From Candidatus Poseidoniaceae archaeon (GTDB lineage Archaea > Thermoplasmatota > Poseidoniia > Poseidoniales > Poseidoniaceae), in NCBI GenBank assembly GCA_029250345.1, contig JAQXFL010000016.1, forward strand, positions 1 to 60,779: a stretch of DNA of 60,779 nt, in the 5' to 3' direction. Each line of letters begins with the position of its first letter. Position 1 is the stretch's first letter. The notes under the pieces were generated by a model. The model saw nothing but the letters and a program-made list of their open reading frames with translations, did not search any database and had not been told where the DNA came from. Of the stretch, positions 25,506-34,300 are shown in pieces. The translations under genes and the position numbers were made by a program.

Positions 25506-28500
25506 ATGCGACGAAGTATAACCACTCTTCTAACAACGCTTGCTGTTGTGGCAAGTCTGCTTTTTATGTCTCAATTTCCGGCTGTATCATCGGTGTCGAA
25601 TCTTCACCCGGACACGACGGATGGTTCCAAACCGCCGACCACGGATTCCGATGGGGATAAGATTCCAGATGTTCACGAAAATCTATTCTCTGAATGGATG
25701 AATTGGACCGCCGTGGACGGCCGTGCAGTCGTCATTGAAGGAATGGATAGCAATGACGCATCAGACGCTTTATTCGATTCTGACATGGATGGTTTGAATG
25801 CAACAGAAGAATATTGTTGGCCGTATCCCGCCAACTGTACCGCCCCAGGCTTCCCACGCGGCCTGACGGGTACAGTGGATGATGAGGGTGAACGCTCGTA
25901 TCTTGACCCTCGTATTGCAGACACCGATGGAGATGGAATGCCAGATGGGTATGAAGCCTACATGTGTGAACGTGTTGGAGGCTACAATATATTCTCCTTC
26001 AAGTACGAATGCAATACATTTGACCCACTCAATGCTTCTGATTTGTACGATGATCCGGACGAGGACGGTTTTGACGTAAACCGCGACGGAGTGTTGTCGA
26101 CCACGGAACGGTTTTCTTCACCTGAAGAATACATTTACGGCGCTCCAAGCAACCATACGAACGAACTTGACGGACTTTGGTGTTCTGCCACGTTGCCTGA
26201 AGGCTCTGTGTTTGAAAATTGGCCGTTTATTCCTACTGGAGCCAACGCAACATTCCAAAACATTCTCTCCGCATGCACTGAGAACGCCACGATGGTAATC
26301 GACGAAGACATCTGGCTCGGCACCGACCCTCTTCTTGCTGATTCTGACCGCTACCATTGGGACGGATATTCCATTCGACGTTTATTCCCGTCGTTTGGTG
26401 ACGGCATCCCCGACGGTTGGGAAGTCCACTTTGGCCTCGAGCCATTAAACAGAACCAATGCTTTACTTGACCCAGACAACGATGGATGGGACGCCAACCG
26501 TGACGGTGGTGTGTCTCCGGATGTAAGCCGAACCCTCACAGCGCTTGCGCTCGGTGAATCACTCTCCACGCTTGAGGAATATTATGTCCATGATGACAAC
26601 GGCAACTCTGTTCTTCCGGGCATGAAAACAGCCTTCCTTGGCACTCAGGATGACAGCGTTGAATATGTACCGTTGAGTTTTGATTCACCGGCAGATGAAA
26701 TGAGTCTTATCCATTACGATTTACGCGACATGGATACGGACAGTACAACGGTCTATGCAACAACTCGTTACGGGTTGACCGTCTTTGATTACGACCAGAT
26801 GGTAAGCTATGATCATTGGATGCCAGAAGGCATCGAATTGTATTCGTCCTTGTTGCTTGCTCAAGACGATCAGAACTTCGCTCTAGCTATCGCATCTAGT
26901 GCCGGCCTTGCCGTAGCACCTCTACAAGCAGACGGTGACTTGGGTCCTTTGGACACGTGGTCTTGGTCACTTTCAGAGGAGCTTTTTGCACTCACTGTAC
27001 TCGCCATTGATGGACAAAACAGTTTCGTTCTTGGATTGGGCGATGCCGGTGAAGGTTCGGTCTTCGAGATTACATCTTCTGCTGAAATCACTGACCAATT
27101 TGCTATCTCCACGGACTTAGAAACAGCTCTTCGCCAATCAAACGCCACGGTTACGCATTTGGCTCATGGCCCTGCAGGCGGTGGTGCTAACATGCTCTTT
27201 GTCGGCACCGATCGTGGATTGCTGACCGGTGAGACAACCACTGTTCGAGACGAGTTCGAAGCCAACTGGAGATTTTTCTACACGCCAGAAACCACACCTT
27301 TCCCTACTGCAATCGATGAGTTGCGTTCGCTTTCGTTAGGTATGGTAGCGAACCCTGCTGAAGTTCGAGCCATGATTCTCGATGGCCCGAATGCTGCAAA
27401 TTCACAGGTCCTGTGGTTCGGGACGCCATCCGGCGTTCACATGCTGAACTTGGTGGACAACACAATCTCCCACAGCGGTCTATTGGAGCATCCTGGTGTT
27501 GAGGGACGATATGTTCGCGAGTACAACAACATCCATTCTTTGCACACAACCGGCGACGAAGTGTTGGTTGGCTCAGTCAAAGGTATGTGGGCAATCTCTG
27601 GTGATTATTCTGCTGTCTATGGATTCCAAGAGCAAGAAACCATTTACGGCGAAATAGTGACGATTCAATCGTTGCTTATCGACGGTAATACAACCGTACT
27701 GACTGGTTCATCTCCCGGGCAATATGCAAATCTTGAACTCATCAATCCAGGAGCAAATGACTCAGATAACGATGGAATGCCTGACGGCTGGGAAGTCGCG
27801 AATGGTCTCGATCCAACCGATCCTTGGGATTCATTGTTCGATGCGGACAGCGACGGCCTTGACCTCGATCAAGCAGACGATGGGTTCCTCGAGCGGCTAT
27901 GGACGAACCTTGACGAATACAGATTTGTATCTCAATCCCTGAATGGGTATAATTCAACAAATCCGAAGGTCGGTGACACCGATGGAGATGGCTTAGGTGA
28001 TGGAAGCGAATATTTCGGCTTCTTCTATGAAACCTCTAACCTGTGGTGTCACTACACCGTCCAAATGGAATATGTTTGCGGTGATGCGGCGGGACTGGCA
28101 GCGAACGACACTTATCTTGCCTTGTCCAGCAGCGATCGTGGTACTGATCCGACAAACTTCGATAGCGATGGTGATGGAATGCCTGATGGATGGGAGATTG
28201 AACATCGCAGATGGATTGGTTCTTCGTTTACCGGAGGCAACAATTGGACACTTGACCCGAACCGTGCAGATGACGCAAATTGGGATGCAGATCGAGATGG
28301 GCTTGCAAACTTGTGTGAGTTCCAATGGTCTGTAGTCCGTAATGCTGCAGTTGATGGACTGTTGTTTGAATCGCATGGAGAGTCGATCAATTCAAGCATG
28401 GAATGGTTTGACGCTGACCCAAACAACATCGATTCTGACGGAGATTCACTACCGGATGGTTGGGAATCTGGTGGCTCGTGTACATGGGACCCTTCCAGGC

Positions 28501-31259
28501 AAGGTGTCAATCCTCTCAACGCATCGGACATCTTTGAAAACCCCGATGGTGATGGATACGATATCAATCACAACGGGGTTCTTGAGGACAATGAGGCCTT
28601 TGTCAACTATCTTGAATTCCACGTTCGCTCGGACTTGTTCAACGGCAACCAAACACTTGCTGGAGTCCCGCTTCCTGATGGATTCAGCACGGACTTGTTT
28701 ACCAACATCAGTCTCAACGGAGCTCCGGAGGCAACATTTGGCGAACGTGCATCTGGTTCAGTTACTGCTCTTCAATCAAGAACAAGCGTGGGTTCTTCTG
28801 ACCCATTGAATGCAGATTCTGATGCTGACGGAATGCCTGATGGATGGGAGATTTGGTTTGCACGATGGAATATTTTGGACGATGCTTGGACATTGAATCC
28901 GCTTGATTCCTCTGACCGCTGGCAAGATGCCGATGACGATGGAATGGCAAATTGGGAAGAGTACAATTCGATTGCCCCTGAGTATTCTGAGACCGATCAG
29001 GACCGCTCTGCGCCTCAATGGTTCGTTACGACAGTCGGCTCGGCATTTGCTCTTCAGCAATGGCCTGGTAACAGTGTTGAATTCTCTTTTGGTTCGTTCA
29101 TTGAATCGGACCAGATCAATCTCACCGGTTGGACATCTGATCCAAATAATGTCGATACAGACGGGGATGGGATGATTGATGGAATTGAACAATTGTTCAC
29201 TTCATGGAATCTATCTGCTGGACGCTGGACTCTGAATCCGTTGGTTGCTGGTGATGGCTTGTTCGATGGTGATGGTGACGGACTTACCGACGGCCAAGAA
29301 TTTGCTGTGGCGACTGAAAACCCCGAGAATGGGGTGGAACATCCGTCAGATGCTCCACTTCTCCACCTCGATGGAGATGTACAACAACCGACCGAGAAGG
29401 CCCAACGTGTATTCAACATTCTCATTACCAAAGAAACGCGTGGAAAGAGGCTGCTGGCTGATTTCAATGACTGGCAAGCGGGGGTGCCTCCGAACGCAAT
29501 TTTATCGACGCTCTTAGGTATGACTGATCCGACAAATCCGGATACCGATGATGATGGTATGTATGATGGGTTCGAGTATTGGTTCACTGAATGGGATTTG
29601 GAGGAGAATCGCTGGAGTATGAATCCACTCATTGATAGCGACGTCAATCTCGACTCTGATGGCGATAGTTTCGACTGCGATGGTGATGGTAACATTTCAT
29701 TGGACGAGAGATTCTCAAATTTACGTGAATGGGAATCAAGAACGTACGGCAAGTTTAGTGAGCGCTTTTCAGTACCACCTGCAGCCGGTCTGATCGACTT
29801 CGGCGAAGATGCAATTCAAGCATATATGGAGGAACTTGGTTTTACTTCTGCACAGGCACAACAAGCGTTGTACCTCGATTTTGCATCGAAGAGTCAGGAA
29901 AGTTCGGACAGAATGCTTAAGATTAACGAATTCAACGACGAGAACTTCAATCGTACTTTACTCGGAGTTGCAGACCCTACCAGCACCGATTCGGATTCTG
30001 ATGGTATCGAAGACGGCTGGGAATACTGCTATGCACTTTATGGAATGGAGGACCCGACTACAATCAATCATTGGGCTTCCAACCCGCTCAATCCTTGGGA
30101 TGTAAATTACGATGGTGACCACGATGGATGGTACGATCGCTCAGCGTTTGACCAACCTGCTGAGCAGGGTACCTGGTTTGAGCGTACGTTCACGCCAAGT
30201 ACGTCAATCGTACAGTCAGGTGTCGGCGACTTGCCGTTCACCAACTGGATGGAATGGGATAACCAAACACGTCCTGATTTGAACGATTCAGATGGCGATA
30301 GTGTCTCGTACACAACAGTGGTTTCAAACGGACAAGTTGTTTCACACGAGCAAGATTTCAATCTTTCTGATGGCCGTGAAGTATTCAAGTATGGCATAAA
30401 TCCAAGCGATAACGACTCTGACGGGGACATGATTCCGGACTGGTATGAATATGCGAAGGCTTGGAATGAAGGTAACGATAACTACAGTACATACATGCAA
30501 ATTCGGGTGATATGGATTGATGCTGCTACAGGCGGGGCCTGTACAACCGATACGAATTCATGTCTTCCGCTCTCACAGCAGGGCGCAGAGGGCGTCCTGT
30601 CTCGACCTGAGTTGTCGTTCACATGGTTTACCATGAATCCTGCAGACCCACTTGATGCAAACTTTGATCCTGACCAAGACGGTAATTGGGACTGTACTGG
30701 TGCCGGTTGTGTTTACGAACCTTACACCAATTTCCAAGAATTCTTTGCGATTACGACACCTGATCTCTCTTCACCGAATGCAGTGCGCCTTAGTGGCCTG
30801 ATTTACGACGGAGAAATTGTTCAGGAATGGTGGCAACTACGAGCTGCATTGCTGAAATTGGATGAAACCGGTTCAAGTGCAGAAAACTACCTCAAGATGG
30901 ACAAATCTTTCGGAAATGATATTCGATTTGCCTTCGTTGTCGATGACAAAGACACGAACTTCCTTCTCTTGGATTCGGGCAATGATGAAGTCTTACTCGC
31001 TGGAAACCTTACTGACGCTTGGGAGATTTACTACGTTGGCTCACCGGATACTGCGCCAGTGCGTTCCGTTGGCGAGCATGAATTCGGCTGGTATCTCCTG
31101 GATTATGATAACGACCACATTGCCGAAGGGACGGACCCAACCAATTGGGATACAGATGGCGATTGGATGGTTGACTGGTTTGAAGTTCATGATGACGAGG
31201 AAGACGGCATCCGTGGTGACTCTTCACCTATCCGTTATGATTCGCGTCAAACTGGGTGA
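25506..31259 (+). CDS. giant secreted Ca-binding repeat protein (thrombospondin type-3-like repeats plus a Reg_prop-like beta-propeller region)
   Basis: 1917 aa. The N-terminal hydrophobic signal is LLTTLAVVASLLFMSQFPAVSSVS. There are more than 20 DxDxDGxxDxxE loops (DSDGDGMPDGWE, DTDGDGMIDGIE, DTDDDGMYDGFE and others). The central region carries propeller-like repeats (YGLTVFDY, MLFVGTDRGLLTG, VLWFGTPSGVHML, VLVGSVKGMWAI). No C-terminal TM is present. Confidence 0.75.
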   Translation: MRRSITTLLTTLAVVASLLFMSQFPAVSSVSNLHPDTTDGSKPPTTDSDGDKIPDVHENLFSEWMNWTAVDGRAVVIEGMDSNDASDALFDSDMDGLNATEEYCWPYPANCTAPGFPRGLTGTVDDEGERSYLDPRIADTDGDGMPDGYEAYMCERVGGYNIFSFKYECNTFDPLNASDLYDDPDEDGFDVNRDGVLSTTERFSSPEEYIYGAPSNHTNELDGLWCSATLPEGSVFENWPFIPTGANATFQNILSACTENATMVIDEDIWLGTDPLLADSDRYHWDGYSIRRLFPSFGDGIPDGWEVHFGLEPLNRTNALLDPDNDGWDANRDGGVSPDVSRTLTALALGESLSTLEEYYVHDDNGNSVLPGMKTAFLGTQDDSVEYVPLSFDSPADEMSLIHYDLRDMDTDSTTVYATTRYGLTVFDYDQMVSYDHWMPEGIELYSSLLLAQDDQNFALAIASSAGLAVAPLQADGDLGPLDTWSWSLSEELFALTVLAIDGQNSFVLGLGDAGEGSVFEITSSAEITDQFAISTDLETALRQSNATVTHLAHGPAGGGANMLFVGTDRGLLTGETTTVRDEFEANWRFFYTPETTPFPTAIDELRSLSLGMVANPAEVRAMILDGPNAANSQVLWFGTPSGVHMLNLVDNTISHSGLLEHPGVEGRYVREYNNIHSLHTTGDEVLVGSVKGMWAISGDYSAVYGFQEQETIYGEIVTIQSLLIDGNTTVLTGSSPGQYANLELINPGANDSDNDGMPDGWEVANGLDPTDPWDSLFDADSDGLDLDQADDGFLERLWTNLDEYRFVSQSLNGYNSTNPKVGDTDGDGLGDGSEYFGFFYETSNLWCHYTVQMEYVCGDAAGLAANDTYLALSSSDRGTDPTNFDSDGDGMPDGWEIEHRRWIGSSFTGGNNWTLDPNRADDANWDADRDGLANLCEFQWSVVRNAAVDGLLFESHGESINSSMEWFDADPNNIDSDGDSLPDGWESGGSCTWDPSRQGVNPLNASDIFENPDGDGYDINHNGVLEDNEAFVNYLEFHVRSDLFNGNQTLAGVPLPDGFSTDLFTNISLNGAPEATFGERASGSVTALQSRTSVGSSDPLNADSDADGMPDGWEIWFARWNILDDAWTLNPLDSSDRWQDADDDGMANWEEYNSIAPEYSETDQDRSAPQWFVTTVGSAFALQQWPGNSVEFSFGSFIESDQINLTGWTSDPNNVDTDGDGMIDGIEQLFTSWNLSAGRWTLNPLVAGDGLFDGDGDGLTDGQEFAVATENPENGVEHPSDAPLLHLDGDVQQPTEKAQRVFNILITKETRGKRLLADFNDWQAGVPPNAILSTLLGMTDPTNPDTDDDGMYDGFEYWFTEWDLEENRWSMNPLIDSDVNLDSDGDSFDCDGDGNISLDERFSNLREWESRTYGKFSERFSVPPAAGLIDFGEDAIQAYMEELGFTSAQAQQALYLDFASKSQESSDRMLKINEFNDENFNRTLLGVADPTSTDSDSDGIEDGWEYCYALYGMEDPTTINHWASNPLNPWDVNYDGDHDGWYDRSAFDQPAEQGTWFERTFTPSTSIVQSGVGDLPFTNWMEWDNQTRPDLNDSDGDSVSYTTVVSNGQVVSHEQDFNLSDGREVFKYGINPSDNDSDGDMIPDWYEYAKAWNEGNDNYSTYMQIRVIWIDAATGGACTTDTNSCLPLSQQGAEGVLSRPELSFTWFTMNPADPLDANFDPDQDGNWDCTGAGCVYEPYTNFQEFFAITTPDLSSPNAVRLSGLIYDGEIVQEWWQLRAALLKLDETGSSAENYLKMDKSFGNDIRFAFVVDDKDTNFLLLDSGNDEVLLAGNLTDAWEIYYVGSPDTAPVRSVGEHEFGWYLLDYDNDHIAEGTDPTNWDTDGDWMVDWFEVHDDEEDGIRGDSSPIRYDSRQTG
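28150..30140 (+). repeat. five tandem copies of a composite approximately 55-65 aa module (Ca loop - Trp linker - NPL - Ca loop) inside the 1917-aa gene
   Basis: The copies start at FDSDGDGMPDGWEIEHRRW...WTLDPN, ADSDADGMPDGWEIWFARW...WTLNPL, VDTDGDGMIDGIEQLFTSW...WTLNPL, PDTDDDGMYDGFEYWFTEW...WSMNPL and TDSDSDGIEDGWEYCYALY...WASNPL. A 24-nt exact DNA repeat ggaatgcctgatggatgggagatt occurs at 28176-28199 and 28830-28853. Confidence 0.7.
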
Positions 31260-31326
31260 GATAAGTCTCACACGTAGGGGTATAATTCAAAGGCCATAGC
31301 GCCTGTGGGTGCTACGGGGAGCAGTC

Positions 31327-34300
31327 ATGCAAAACGAATTTTCCAACGGGCGCGGCATAATGTTCGTACTTTTTTTCATTATGGTCCTGTCTCCAATGGG
31401 TCCAATGGCGGAAGTTTTCGTAGGTTCTGCAGATGCTGCAGGCGTATCTCGCCACATCTATGAGTTCAGTGACGGAACGACTGAACACGTGGCTTTGTAC
31501 CAAGGTGCAAATCCTGATATTGGAGCTGAAATCTCTTTGCCCAAAGGGGCACATGTCACTGAAGTTTCCATGACACTTTCTGGTGCATCTGCGACTGGAT
31601 GGAGTCAAACAGTCACCGATGAGCGTGATGAATGGTTTGCAGGTGGTGCCTCTTCAACCGACTCGCGAAGCGGTGATTTGAGCCTTGATTTGGCAAACAG
31701 TTCTACTCGCTTCTTCGCACACGGGTACGATGAAGCAACCAATCCGACTTCGAATGCGTGGTTAGACAACGGTTCATACGCTGTTCGTCAACCTCACACA
31801 TCCAATTCAACTGAAAGCAGATTTTCCCAGCAAGTCCTCAAGTCCTCGAATGCTATGATGAAACAGAGTCAAGGCGCTGTGCTCAAACACCACGACTGGT
31901 TGTTTATGTCAACATGGAGTTCTTCTACGTTCCAAAACATCGTTCACCGACTCTATCCGAACAATGCTACCAAAGAATCGGTCATCACATTGGACCAAGC
32001 CCAGTGTACGCTTCCAAATCTACACTCATCCTCATACTACGCAAACTATGGGTTCCGAGATTGGACAATTACTGATGACGAGCGTATGTTTGCTATATTG
32101 TCTGGATACAAATACCACTATTCATCTTCAGCCCCGACGCAATATCACCGCGTTCTAGAAATGGATATTTCAAGGGATGATGTTTGGACTTGTATCGACT
32201 CTTATGACGTATCTCCGCAGTATTCAGATTATACAGCAATTGCATACGATCGCACGACAGAAGAAGTTTGGATTGTACACAACGCACAACGAAGGATTGT
32301 TCCTTACACATTTGGTGAATCTCCTGATGGAACATACACCCGTGGAGATGACATGTATTCGTATTCATCCTCATCTGGTAGCTCTTGGGAGTGTGGCAAG
32401 ACCGGGCAACAAGTTCGTGGATTGGAAGTAAACGAAACGACGTTCTTCATGCGTTGTCAAAAAGGCACTACGAGCCAAGACAAAGACCAACTGGAAGCAT
32501 GGACGATATCTGGGTCCTCTACTTCTCTGATTCCTCAGTCCGGAACTCGCCTTCTCTCAGCACTCGGTTATGGGTTGCAATTTGATGGGTCACGGTTTGT
32601 CACAATTGATTGTGGCTACTCTACCTGGTCGTCTTCGACGCTTTACTACCGTGAATATGGCACTGGATGGCAATTCAAGACAACGCCTGCGCCTGGCACA
32701 ACCACTTGGTTTGGACCGATAATGAAATCCAACGAGCCAGTACTTGCTGCAAACATGCAGACCTACTGGTCGGCGGCATCGATTGGTGATCGTGTAGATT
32801 ACTGGATTTCCGCCGATAACGGCACTCACTGGGAGCCAGTTACATCCAATTCCACGATACACTTTGATTATCCCGGTGAGGAATTGATTTGGAAAGCACA
32901 ACTCATTGGCTCAACCGCAGTTTCATGGTGGGTCGATGTCGAGTATGCCACAGAGTACTCCACCTCCGGCAGTTGGACTTCATCGCCCCAGACCACAGGT
33001 ACCAAGGTCGGCAAGGTTCGACCCAACTGGCAAGCAGATGTTCCAGCAGGGACTTCTGTTCTGGTACAAGTTTCAAACGATAACGGCACATCTTGGTTAC
33101 CTGCCCTCAACAATCAAGAAGTCAGTTTCCCCTCTACCGAAGCAGGCGATACCATTCGGTACGCTATCAGTATGACTTCAACAGATGCTTCTTTGACACC
33201 ACTCATTGATTCAGTGACGATGGAGTACGAAGAAGGCTATCCTGACCGACCCAAGATTGATATCGGCAACGACCTCGTTTGGGATTGGGAATCGGTTCTC
33301 TTCCTCAATGAATCATCGGTCATTGCCAGCGATATGTCCATTGTTAATGCAGAAGTCAAATCCCAACCTACGCTTGTTCAGGCGTTTAATTCGTTTATAC
33401 CTCAGAACGGTGACGGTGATGTCACTATTCCTGTAGCAATCAAGGCAGCAACACCGGGTCGTGTAAAAATCTCCAATATTGATGTCACATACAAGCTACA
33501 GACGAGAGCGGTAGACGCCTCTCTCGAAGGTGGAATGATTTCCCCAGATGGAGTGTTTAGAAATTTGCACGTTCGGGTCGCACCAGGAGACGATGTTGAC
33601 CGTGTGACAAGCGCACTTGTTGCTCTGAACAATTCATACGGTGAAAACCCGGCCTTTGAATGGGAGCGTGGTGATACATGTTCAGTTGTTAGCGATGCGG
33701 AAGGTATCGTCCAATTTGATGTGGCGAATTGCACCTCTGTGATGGATTCAACAGGTCAGGTCACGATTCGTATGCCAATGTCCGTGAATTGGACTTGGGA
33801 CGATGAAAATAAATTGCAGGCACTTATTTCAGTTCATGATGAATTGGGCCAGGCGGTTACTGCCTGGGAGACCGATTCATTGGACATGATTGTGGAAAAC
33901 GATATCCAACTTGACGGACTTCGGGTGTATGAAGAAACAGGTAGGGAGCTGTATTCCCTGGATTGGGTACGGGGAGGATATTTGATTTCGTTTACCGGTA
34001 TCATACACTTCCAAAACTCGCAGCTCACTCCGTTAGGGGGTCAATTTGATCTACGGGTTTTGGGTCAAAACGTAACCTATGATGGGGACCCTATCGGTGA
34101 GCCTGTTGAACTTGCTCGTGAACAGAATCCTGCATTTGGCGCCTTCAACATCACCATAACTTCTCCAATGGAATCATCCCCCGGGGGCATGGTGTTCTAT
34201 GTGGAAGCCACAGAATTGAAAAACGGTTCAATGTTTACCAATCCGGGTTACAACACAATTCGCCTCGTTCTCGACGGAAACTCACCTCTCGTCTTGGGCT

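Noticed and set aside
25343-25525. 60-aa minus ORF in the 232-bp divergent intergenic region
   Set aside because: It is short, overlaps the start of the 1917-aa gene, and has neither an RBS-like element nor a motif. The region is better explained as promoter space.
29054-29752. 232-aa minus-strand ORF inside the Ca-repeat gene (also 28112-28567 and 28776-29192)
   Set aside because: These are antisense Ser/Pro-rich translations of the GAT/GGT-rich repeat DNA, an artefact of the repeat's codon composition.
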